A stretch of 23,695 bases of DNA. Source: Candidatus Altiarchaeota archaeon (GTDB lineage: Archaea > Altiarchaeota > Altiarchaeia > IMC4 > SCGC-AAA252-I15). This document shows positions 1 to 7,399 of this stretch, piece by piece. Made by a program: the position numbers and the translations under genes. The notes under the pieces are model-generated. The model was given only the letters and a program-made list of their open reading frames with translations, was not told the DNA's origin and searched no databases. Every line of letters begins with the position of its first letter. Within the stretch, counting starts at the first letter, position 1. The stretch spans positions 1 to 23,695 of the forward strand of contig JBDRLL010000029.1 in the NCBI GenBank assembly GCA_043813075.1, given 5' to 3'.

Positions 1-303
1 TTTTGCACACTGGTACTCTATGTAGTAGTCGCTTTTTTTCTCTATGAACTTGCAATCCTTGAATACTTGTTCGTCGAATCTCGTGTCATCGTATTTGAAT
101 ATGGTGTAGTCGAAGTCTTCAGTGCCGAATTTTTGAATGATCTTTGCCAGGTATTTTTTCCCGTATTCCCCCACGGCAGAGGCGAAAAGGCACCGGTACC
201 CGCCCTTCTTTTCCTTACCCCCTCCAAAAAAATTGTATAATACCCTCCAAGAATCCTGCTTTTTATCTGTCAAGTGTTTAATCTGGCTGAAAATTTTTTC
301 CAT
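1..303 (-). CDS. Partial CDS running off the window start; DUF707-like putative glycosyltransferase
   Basis: Manual translation from ATG at 303 is open to base 1: MEKIFSQIKH...YRCLFASAVGEYGKKYLAKIIQKFGTEDFDYTIFKYDDTRFDEQVFKDCKFIEKKSDYYIEYQCAK. The AVG...IIQKF...FDYTIFKYD...CAK pattern resembles the DUF707 N-terminus as I recall it. It lies downstream of sugar-pathway genes. Absent from the ORF track because no stop is in the window. Confidence 0.6.
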   Translation of the reverse strand, partial: MEKIFSQIKHLTDKKQDSWRVLYNFFGGGKEKKGGYRCLFASAVGEYGKKYLAKIIQKFGTEDFDYTIFKYDDTRFDEQVFKDCKFIEKKSDYYIEYQCAK

Positions 304-336
304 TGTTTCGGAGTGTGTATGCCTACTGAAATAGGA

Positions 337-357
337 TTAATATATACTACTCTTTCT
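337..357 (-). promoter_or_regulatory. Putative BRE/TATA promoter for the partial gene at 303
   Basis: Minus strand reads AGAAAGAGTAG-TATATATTAA about 35 nt upstream of the ATG at 303. Confidence 0.4.
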
Positions 358-365
358 GTTTACAT

Positions 366-378
366 AAAAAAGGCAAAA
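366..378 (-). terminator. Putative oligo-T terminator of the rfb cluster
   Basis: Minus strand TTTTGCCTTTTTT about 80 nt after the stop at 459; archaeal intrinsic terminators are U-rich. Confidence 0.35.
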
Positions 379-458
379 GCGGGATTACATTCTGCTTCAT
401 CTTCCCCTCCCCCTCCACATCTCTTAGGCCTGATCCTGTTGTGGGCGGAAGACATATG

Positions 459-1769
459 TTAAATCAAATCCGGCGATATGGATTGCTTAATCTTTTCTGC
501 AACACGCATTCCACTTAAAAGAGCCTGGTCGCTCCAGAGATACGCCCATTCACCGAACCGGCCGCAATAATAGACGTCATTCTCGTCTAGATACGTGTGT
601 ATTGTGTGCAAAGCCTTCTTACGTTCTATATCGTGTATGACATAACCGTATTTTATGTCGAAATCTCCCAGATACTCCAATTCATCTGCGGCAATGCCCT
701 CTGTTCTGGTGATGCATCGTACTACCTCATCAGTAAGTGCATCACCCTCTAAGGCCAATGGCTTTGACGGTGAATACGGTATCTCAGCCTGCATGGTCTC
801 GCATCCTCCTGGCGCGTTATCCTCCGAAAACCTTGACATATAAACAATCCTCGTATAGGGGATATCCTCGTCATAATAGTAGTTCCACTGGGACGGACTG
901 CTGGCCCTATGGTCAACACGGAAGTTCAGCATCCTAAGGGACGTCCACTTCAAGCGATTCACCGCTTCGCACACCTCTTGTGGAGCATTCTTTATGCATG
1001 CTATCAGCTCCGGTAATGGGATGCTTGAGACCAGGATTCCATAATCTTCAACTATTCCCTTGTTGAATCGTATCTTCCTCTTCTGCAAGTCTACTTCGAT
1101 GGGATATGTTCCTAATCTGATGTCGGATTCTGCCTCAAGCAACCGTAGAAACGATGAAAAACCACCTTTCCGCGGGTAGATGAAGTGGGATGCGTAATGG
1201 GTGTTATCCCCTGATGTATTCAATGCACCGTCTATCATCCTCCCCAAGTCTTGTGGATTCACTCTAACCCCAATCCAGTCAGTCGTCAATTCCTGCGGTT
1301 CGACCGTCCAAAACTTCCTGGTGTACTTGTCAGTGAAGTTTTTCGAGAAATAGACGCCAAAATTTTTTTGACACCAGTCACGATAATTCATTATCTCCGC
1401 ATTGCCGTCATATTTAGCGTGGATGACGTCCAAAAGAATATCTCTGACTATCTCATTGGGCAGGCTATGAAGATTGTTCTGTGGTTCATGCTCTATCCAG
1501 TACCCCCGCCAGTAATTCAAGCAAGATACTTGCTTATCATCGTAGTCCCCAGCAACAGAATCCTTAAAAAGTCCTTTCACATACTCATTGGAGGTGAAGG
1601 ATATGTGGGGTCCATAATCAAACACGAGGCCATCGTACTGCCCTGACTTGCATAAACCACCAGCCTCACCCTCTTTTTCATATAACGTCGGGGTAAAGCC
1701 GTGTTTCCGGAGGTGATAGGCTGCGCTCAGGCCAGAAATCCCAGCACCAAGGACAGTAGCATCCATCAC
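459..1769 (-). CDS. FAD-dependent oxidoreductase, NDP-pyranose mutase-like (UGM/WbyH-like)
   Basis: N-terminal [10 protein letters not shown] dinucleotide fold, GGLCKS, FDYGPH, YPRKGG and C-terminal GRFGEWAY. The start (GTG 1769 or ATG 1766) overlaps the rfbH stop. Confidence 0.7.
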   Translation of the reverse strand: MMDATVLGAGISGLSAAYHLRKHGFTPTLYEKEGEAGGLCKSGQYDGLVFDYGPHISFTSNEYVKGLFKDSVAGDYDDKQVSCLNYWRGYWIEHEPQNNLHSLPNEIVRDILLDVIHAKYDGNAEIMNYRDWCQKNFGVYFSKNFTDKYTRKFWTVEPQELTTDWIGVRVNPQDLGRMIDGALNTSGDNTHYASHFIYPRKGGFSSFLRLLEAESDIRLGTYPIEVDLQKRKIRFNKGIVEDYGILVSSIPLPELIACIKNAPQEVCEAVNRLKWTSLRMLNFRVDHRASSPSQWNYYYDEDIPYTRIVYMSRFSEDNAPGGCETMQAEIPYSPSKPLALEGDALTDEVVRCITRTEGIAADELEYLGDFDIKYGYVIHDIERKKALHTIHTYLDENDVYYCGRFGEWAYLWSDQALLSGMRVAEKIKQSISPDLI

Positions 1770-3373
1770 GGTCCCCTAACGTTGTTTTTCCTCTCCCGGA
1801 TGAAAGATGAGAACTGGCTAATCACGTATTCAAGATGTCGCTCATCCAATCCCTGGTGGAGTCCGATCCAGAATGTGTCATTCATTATGCGGTCGGTGTT
1901 GTCGAGTTTATCATGAATCCTGTAGTTGGTGTTCTGAAGGCTTGGGTGGCGGGTGATGTTCCCTGCGAAAAGCATTCTGGTGGCTATCTTGTTTTCTTCA
2001 AGATGGGATACCATCTCATCTCTCGTGAAACCGGCGTCTTGTCTGACTGTAAGTGGGAATCCGAACCAGCTCGGGTCCGACTTTTCAGTGGCTCTCGGGA
2101 GGATAAGATGGTCCGCATGGGGTTTAAGCCCGTTGTGGAGTGTCTGCCAGTTCTCCTTTCTTGCCTTAATGACCTGCGGTAGTTTCCTCAATTGGGATAC
2201 GCCCACGGCAGCCTGCATGTCGGTGACCTTCAGGTTGTAGCCTATGTGCGAGTAAATGTATTTATGGTCGTATCCGTACGGTAGGGTGCCTAACTGCCAT
2301 TTAAAGCGTTTTCCACAGGTGTTGTCCTGGCCTGGCTCGCACCAGCAGTCGCGCCCCCAGTCCCTGAAAGACGTTACTATCCCCCTAAGCTCATCGTCGT
2401 TTGTTGTTACCGCTCCTCCCTCACCCATGGTTATGTGGTGTGCTGGGTAGAAGCTGAATGTCGCAAGGTCCCCGAAGGTCCCGGTGTATCTGCCGTCGTA
2501 TCTGGACCCCAGTGCGTCGCAGTTGTCCTCCACAACCCATAATCCATGTTCCTTAGCCGTTCCAATAACCTTATCCAAGTCGAATGGGTTGCCTAAGGTG
2601 TGTGCTAGCATGATGGCCTTTGTCTTTTCTGTTAACGCATCCTCGACATCATCCGCGATTATATTATATGTGCCGACATCCACGTCCATGAATACCGGTG
2701 TCAGATTGTTCTGGATTATCGGGTTCACGCTGGTTGGGAATGCGCATGCCGTGGTTATCACCTCGTCACCAGCCTTCAATCTTCTTCCCCCGAGCTTTGG
2801 TGAGGTCAACGAGGATATGGCCAGGAGGTTTGCGGATGATCCTGAGTTCGTTATAACACAGTGTCTGACTCCCAGGAAACCGGTGAAGTCTTTTTCAAAC
2901 CTTTTCGCGAATCTTCCTGCAGTAAGCCAGAAGTCGAGTCCGGAATCCACCAGCGCCTTCATATCGCCTGCATCATAGACTCGTCTGGCATATTGGACGC
3001 GGTCCTTGCCGGGGGTGAAACCATTCTTATCTGCGTGCACCTTATCATAGTGTTTTTCGACGAGTTCGTGAATCATCCCCCTTAGTATCTCATCAATCTT
3101 CCCGACCTTCAGGCTACCAGTCCTGCAGACACTCCCTGATTTTACCCTCACGATATTGTTGGTTAATGCAAAGTATTCCCCCGTAACCTCGCCTTCAGCC
3201 AAGTCTTTTCCGCTAATCTTCACGAGGCGACCATCACCCTCCCGAATCATCGGCAGCAGACTGACATCATCACCACATGACTCGTACACTATGCCCCTGC
3301 TTATGGTGCCCGCATGGTTTCCCGGCCCCGCACGTCCGACTTCGACGATGTCGCCTAACCCTAGATCACTCAT
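1766..3373 (-). CDS. rfbH: CDP-4-keto-6-deoxyglucose 3-dehydrase (E1, RfbH/DdhC) with ~100-aa N-terminal extension
   Basis: [33 protein letters not shown] (His in place of the PLP lysine), Fe-S motif DWGRDCWC...[23 protein letters not shown]. The start overlaps the rfbG end. Confidence 0.93.
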   Translation of the reverse strand: MSDLGLGDIVEVGRAGPGNHAGTISRGIVYESCGDDVSLLPMIREGDGRLVKISGKDLAEGEVTGEYFALTNNIVRVKSGSVCRTGSLKVGKIDEILRGMIHELVEKHYDKVHADKNGFTPGKDRVQYARRVYDAGDMKALVDSGLDFWLTAGRFAKRFEKDFTGFLGVRHCVITNSGSSANLLAISSLTSPKLGGRRLKAGDEVITTACAFPTSVNPIIQNNLTPVFMDVDVGTYNIIADDVEDALTEKTKAIMLAHTLGNPFDLDKVIGTAKEHGLWVVEDNCDALGSRYDGRYTGTFGDLATFSFYPAHHITMGEGGAVTTNDDELRGIVTSFRDWGRDCWCEPGQDNTCGKRFKWQLGTLPYGYDHKYIYSHIGYNLKVTDMQAAVGVSQLRKLPQVIKARKENWQTLHNGLKPHADHLILPRATEKSDPSWFGFPLTVRQDAGFTRDEMVSHLEENKIATRMLFAGNITRHPSLQNTNYRIHDKLDNTDRIMNDTFWIGLHQGLDERHLEYVISQFSSFIRERKNNVRGP

Positions 3374-4454
3374 AGCCCCACCCTAACCTATCCCCCTGAC
3401 TGTTATACTCCCTGATCTCCCCCACAATGAAATCCCATAGCCTATCCCCCACCATCCCCCCATAAAACATCTTATACCCCCTTACAGTCCTGTCCACTGC
3501 CTCATCTATGCCATAAACCGGCATCCATCCAAGCATTCTCCTGGCCTTGCCAACATCCAACTTCAGCAGGCCGGCTTCATGCGGGTTCTGGGAAGAGTCG
3601 ACCTCGTACTCTCCGCTACCCCAGCATTCCATCACCTTATCGACGAGTTCCCCCACCGTTATTGTATGCTCGTCAGCAGGCCCGAAATTCCATGCTCCCG
3701 AGTATTTCACAGGGTCTTCGCGCATCATGCATGCTAGCAGCAGATAGCCTGATAAGGGCTCTAGGATGTATTGCCAGGGCCTTACTGCATTAGGGTTGCG
3801 TATCATGATGGTCTCGCCCTGGTTTAGTGCTTTGATGCAGTCTGGGACTAGCCTGTCCTCATTCCAATCACCACATCCTATCACGTTACCTGATCTTGCA
3901 GATGATACGGCGACTTCCTGGAGAAATGATCTTCTATAGCTTGCTGTAACCAGTTCAGCGCATCCTTTGCTCGAGCTGTATGGGTCGTACCCTCCAAGGG
4001 GGTCAGTCTCTTTGTACTCGTGTTCAGACTCCTTGTTTTCATAGCACTTGTCGGTCGTGACTATCACGCATACCCTCACTGACCCTGTTTTCCTTACTGC
4101 CTCAAGGACATTTAATGTCCCCATCACGTTCGTCTCATATGTGAGTGCCGGTTCTTTATATGATCTTCTGACTAGTGGTTGGGCTGCCAGGTGGAAGATG
4201 AACTCTGGCTCGTGTTCATCGAAGACTGAGACTAGTCTTCCCCCTTCCCTGACGTCTCCCGTTATGTGTGTTATCCTCTCATCAAGGTTTATGGATTCGA
4301 ACAGGTTCGGTTTTGACGGTGGCTCAAGGGAGTAGCCGACTACATGCGCGCCTAGCTCGGAAAGCCATGCCGCAAGCCAGCTACCCTTGAATCCAGTGTG
4401 TCCTGTGACCAATACACTTCTCCCTTCATACGTTCTTCTTAGTTTTTCATACAT
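3366..4454 (-). CDS. rfbG: CDP-glucose 4,6-dehydratase
   Basis: [41 protein letters not shown] (YxxxK), [22 protein letters not shown]. Confidence 0.95.
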   Translation of the reverse strand: MYEKLRRTYEGRSVLVTGHTGFKGSWLAAWLSELGAHVVGYSLEPPSKPNLFESINLDERITHITGDVREGGRLVSVFDEHEPEFIFHLAAQPLVRRSYKEPALTYETNVMGTLNVLEAVRKTGSVRVCVIVTTDKCYENKESEHEYKETDPLGGYDPYSSSKGCAELVTASYRRSFLQEVAVSSARSGNVIGCGDWNEDRLVPDCIKALNQGETIMIRNPNAVRPWQYILEPLSGYLLLACMMREDPVKYSGAWNFGPADEHTITVGELVDKVMECWGSGEYEVDSSQNPHEAGLLKLDVGKARRMLGWMPVYGIDEAVDRTVRGYKMFYGGMVGDRLWDFIVGEIREYNSQGDRLGWGYE

Positions 4455-4475
4455 GCCTTACATCCCAGTCGTTGG

Positions 4476-4600
4476 CTACCATGCCGTCATTATGTGGTGC
4501 AGGATCGGATGTCCGCCAGTATCCAGCATCGTTTTCGGTATTAACGGATCTCCCTCATCCATCAAGTGCCTAAACCCCCACAAAGTATAACGGCTTTCAT
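4476..4600 (-). pseudogene. rfbF: Frameshifted, truncated glucose-1-phosphate cytidylyltransferase fragment
   Basis: ATG 4600 gives MKAVILCGGLGT* (TGA 4564-4562). The shifted frame from 4562 gives MDEGDPLIPKTMLDTGGHPILHHIMTAW* (TAG 4478-4476). Together they match the RfbF N-terminus MKAVILAGGLGTR..E....PKPMVEIGGKPILWHIM, in the canonical position upstream of rfbG. Confidence 0.85.
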
Positions 4601-4616
4601 AGAGAATCATTAGTGT

Positions 4617-4630
4617 TTTAAAATAAAATT
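4617..4630 (-). promoter_or_regulatory. Possible TATA element for the rfb operon
   Basis: Minus strand AATTTTATTTTAAA about 17-30 nt upstream of the rfbF-remnant ATG. Confidence 0.3.
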
Positions 4631-4744
4631 AGGGTTACTTACCTGATAACACGCAAATCCCGGATTTTATGTATTCCATGGTGTGTGTTATGGGAAAGCA
4701 ACCATGCTACCGCAAAAGACATCATGTCCTGCCGAATAACTTGC

Positions 4745-4752
4745 TTTAAATA
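4745..4752 (+). promoter_or_regulatory. TATA box for the leader-cimA transcript
   Basis: TTTAAATA matches the archaeal TTTAWATA consensus and ends 30 nt before the leader ATG at 4783. Confidence 0.6.
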
Positions 4753-4782
4753 TCCTTAAGCCCCTTAAGTAAACTGCGAAAG

Positions 4783-4860
4783 ATGGCTTACGCAAACCTG
4801 AACCAGCACGGGATGATCCTTGACATCATTAGCATAGACGCCATCACTATTGGGGGCTAG
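4783..4860 (+). CDS. Putative Ile-rich leader peptide (uORF) of cimA, 25 aa
   Basis: MAYANLNQHGMILDIISIDAITIGG*, with Ile codons at 4816, 4825, 4828, 4834, 4843 and 4849. It sits just after a TATA box and 109 nt before cimA. Alternative start at ATG 4813. Confidence 0.7.
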   Translation: MAYANLNQHGMILDIISIDAITIGG

Positions 4861-4926
4861 AGCCTCCACTACGCCACTATCCCCCGGATTTGACTGTAAT
4901 AAAACCCCGCGTATTCGATTATCGCC

Positions 4927-4933
4927 TTTTTTT
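4927..4933 (+). terminator. T7 tract in the cimA leader (candidate attenuator terminator)
   Basis: TTTTTTT between the uORF stop and the cimA RBS (GAGAGGT at about 4956-4962). Confidence 0.45.
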
Positions 4934-4969
4934 CTGCGCTGGGCACATAAATTAAGAGAGGTTTACACG

Positions 4970-6454
4970 ATGGCTAAGATACTGTTTCACGATACGACAC
5001 TGAGGGACGGCGAGCAGACGCCGGGAGTATCCCTCACTCCAGACGAGAAGCTTAGGATAGCGAAGGCCCTGGACGACCTGGGAGTGGACGTCATAGAGGC
5101 TGGTTCCGCGATAACCAGCGAGGGCGAGAGGGAGAGCATCAAGGCGATAGCCAACGAGGGATTGAAGGCTGAGATATCCAGCTTCGCGAGGATACTCCAG
5201 AAGGACATAGACTTGGCCATCGAGTGCGATGTGCACTCCATATTCCTGGTGGTCCCCACATCCGACCTTCACTTGAAGTACAAGCTGAAGACGACGAGGG
5301 AGAAGATACTCGACTCGGTGACAGAGCTTGTGGGATACTGCAAGGAGCACGGCGCCAAGGTCGACTTGTGCTGCGAGGACGGTTCCCGCACGGAAACAGA
5401 CTTCCTGAGGAAGGTTATGAAGAACGGGGTGGACGCTGGAGCCGACAGGTTCACTGTCGCCGACACGGTGGGCGTCCTCAACCCCCAGCAGACCTACGAC
5501 CTGATGGGGAAGGTGGTGAAGAACGCGAAAGTACCTGTTGGAATACACTGCCACAACGACTTCGGCATGGCGACCGCGAACACGGTTATGGCAGTCAAGG
5601 CTGGCGCACGCGTGGTCGACGTCACAGTGAACGGCCTTGGCGAGCGTGCCGGTAACGCCGCCCTGGAGGAGGTTGCTGTCGCATTGAGGCTGACTACAGG
5701 CCACAAGTTCAACGTGAAGATAGAGAAGCTGACTAAGCTTAGCGAGCTCGTGGAGAAGCTGAGTGGGGTCCCGCTGCAGCCCAATAAGGCGATAGTCGGG
5801 GAGAACGCGTTCACCCACGAGGCTGGCATCCACGTGGACGGCATACTGAAGAAGCCGTCTACCTACGAGCCGATAAAGCCCGAGATAGTGGGCGGCACGA
5901 GAAGGTTCGTGTTGGGGAAGCATGTCGGATTCAAGTCAGTGAGGAAGATGCTGGAGGACGCGGGAGTCGAGATGAGTGAAGACCAGATGCGGCAGGTGTA
6001 CGACCAGGTTAAGTTCCTCGGCGACAAGGGCAAGCATGTCACTTCAGTGGACCTGGAGTCCATAGCGAACACCGTCCTCGGCAAGGTGGAGGAGCGCGCC
6101 CTGCATCTTGAAGAGCTTGTCGCAGTGGCAGGCAACAAGTTCACTCCGACAGCATCGGTGAAACTGAGGATGAACGGCGGCTCCGTAGTATCCGCCGGAG
6201 TCGGCACAGGCCCGGTGGACGCGGCGATAAACGCGATAAAGTCCGCTACAAAGGATGTTCCGTTCGAGCTGGTGGAATACCACGTCGACTCGGTCAGCGG
6301 GGGCACGGACGCAATGGTCCGCATAGTAGTCAAGCTGAAGAGCAAGGGCCGCATAGTCACCGCCCAGGGGATAGGCGCCGACATAGTCCTCGCGTCGGTT
6401 GACGCTATGGTGAACGGGCTGAACTCGATAATGACAAAGGGGCCTAAAAAATAG
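4970..6454 (+). CDS. cimA: (R)-citramalate synthase (LeuA/CimA family), 494 aa
   Basis: DTTLRDGEQ, HCHNDFGMA, GERAGNA, HEAGIH and a C-terminal regulatory domain (GPVDA). EAGSAITSEGERE, LVVPTS and GNKFTPTASVKL match methanogen CimA rather than LeuA, which typically has EAGFP. Start reassigned to ATG 4970 based on the RBS and homology. Confidence 0.88.
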   Translation: MAKILFHDTTLRDGEQTPGVSLTPDEKLRIAKALDDLGVDVIEAGSAITSEGERESIKAIANEGLKAEISSFARILQKDIDLAIECDVHSIFLVVPTSDLHLKYKLKTTREKILDSVTELVGYCKEHGAKVDLCCEDGSRTETDFLRKVMKNGVDAGADRFTVADTVGVLNPQQTYDLMGKVVKNAKVPVGIHCHNDFGMATANTVMAVKAGARVVDVTVNGLGERAGNAALEEVAVALRLTTGHKFNVKIEKLTKLSELVEKLSGVPLQPNKAIVGENAFTHEAGIHVDGILKKPSTYEPIKPEIVGGTRRFVLGKHVGFKSVRKMLEDAGVEMSEDQMRQVYDQVKFLGDKGKHVTSVDLESIANTVLGKVEERALHLEELVAVAGNKFTPTASVKLRMNGGSVVSAGVGTGPVDAAINAIKSATKDVPFELVEYHVDSVSGGTDAMVRIVVKLKSKGRIVTAQGIGADIVLASVDAMVNGLNSIMTKGPKK

Positions 6455-6459
6455 GCCCC
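6439..6459. repeat. 8-bp inverted repeat across the cimA stop
   Basis: GGGGCCTA-AAAAA-TAGGCCCC; possible 3' end hairpin. Confidence 0.5.
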
Positions 6460-6519
6460 CAATCATCCTTTCAATGACGCCCTCCCATAGTATAAAAGCA
6501 TTCACTGGTGATACCTAAC

Positions 6520-6753
6520 ATGGTTCATAAGAGCGTAGACCATGAGGCAGTGCTCGCAGACCAGATTAGGATGGGCCGGTCCGCATTGCGCAGGAAGAAG
6601 GGTCTGGATCCTCGCGTCACCGAGACCGATCAGGAGCTTCTTGACGATTACCTCCAGGCTAAATTCCGTTCCCCGGATTCCAAAAAGTCCGAGCACGCCA
6701 TGCATGAGGAGGAGTTCATAAGGGATCGTCTGAAGCGTCAGAGACTCAAGTAG
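6520..6753 (+). CDS. Small charged hypothetical protein (77 aa)
   Basis: ATG 6520 is preceded by GGTGA (6507-6511) and TATAAAAG (6491-6498). The ORF fills the gap between cimA and the convergent gene. Confidence 0.6.
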   Translation: MVHKSVDHEAVLADQIRMGRSALRRKKGLDPRVTETDQELLDDYLQAKFRSPDSKKSEHAMHEEEFIRDRLKRQRLK

Positions 6754-6754
6754 C

Positions 6755-7399
6755 TCACTCACCCTCGAATATGGGCCCGCTCAGGTCGCCTTTATTGTTG
6801 TATCCCCTGCGCTCCCACGTCCCCTTGTACTCTGGATCGTCGGACAACTCTATCTTTGTCACCCACTTCACCCACTTGTAGCCCCACTTGTCTTCAGCCA
6901 CCAGCTGGAATGGGAATCCCCTCTCTGCAGGCAGGGTTACGTTGTTCATACTGTGTGCGAGCATTATGTTGTTGCCGATTATGTAATCAAGTGGGAGTGA
7001 CGAGGTGTATCCGTCGTAGGCGTGGAATATGACTGTGTTGGCTTCTGGCTTAATGCCCGCATCCTCCAGGAGGTCTTTCACCAGCACGCCCTCCCAGAAC
7101 AGCTTAACACTCCACCCTTCCACGCAGTTGAGTGCCACCACCTTAGAGTACTCCTGCTTCTCAAGGACCTGCTCGTACGTGTATGTCATGGGCTTTTCAA
7201 CAAGCCCTGTGACTTCCAGCACGTACCCCTCCTTTTCCACGTACTGGGGGCCTTTTATGGAGTTCTCGCGGAACTGGTTTATCGAGGACAGCTTCTCCCC
7301 CCTGTATTCGCTGACTTCAACTCCGTCCAGTTCTATTGTCTTGCCTTCGATGCATCCTAGCGTGAGTGCCAGCGCCAGCAGGACGCATGCCTTTTTCAC
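6755..7399 (-). CDS. Molybdopterin-dependent oxidoreductase (sulfite oxidase/MsrP-like domain), predicted lipoprotein
   Basis: LNCVEGWS (Mo-ligand Cys), LPAERGFPFQLV, GYKWVKWVTKIEL, GTWERRGY. Signal peptide MKKACVLLALALTLGC. GTG 7399 overlaps the wzt TGA and follows GGAGGT. Confidence 0.85.
   Translation of the reverse strand: MKKACVLLALALTLGCIEGKTIELDGVEVSEYRGEKLSSINQFRENSIKGPQYVEKEGYVLEVTGLVEKPMTYTYEQVLEKQEYSKVVALNCVEGWSVKLFWEGVLVKDLLEDAGIKPEANTVIFHAYDGYTSSLPLDYIIGNNIMLAHSMNNVTLPAERGFPFQLVAEDKWGYKWVKWVTKIELSDDPEYKGTWERRGYNNKGDLSGPIFEGE

Noticed and set aside
3375-3482. G-run-rich minus-strand stretch (possible G-quadruplex; CCTATCCCCC twice)
   Set aside because: Explained by Gly/Trp codons at the RfbG C-terminus (GDRLW/GDRLG); loops are too long for a canonical G3 quadruplex.
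4562-4564. TGA in the rfbF fragment as selenocysteine or recoding
   Set aside because: Homology continues in a different frame and ends after 28 more codons, which indicates decay.
4850-4969. 40-aa N-terminal extension of CimA in the ORF track (TTG start)
   Set aside because: Homology begins at Met 4970, which has its own RBS; the extension overlaps the putative leader.
4952-6505. Long antisense ORFs over cimA (and similar ones over wzt, leuC, leuD, leuB, hisF)
   Set aside because: Shadow frames expected from high GC3 codon bias; no motifs or independent start signals.
6502-6762. Minus-strand 86-aa ORF
   Set aside because: It overlaps the Mo-enzyme stop, so it cannot be fully excluded, but the plus-strand ORF has TATA, RBS and more protein-like composition.
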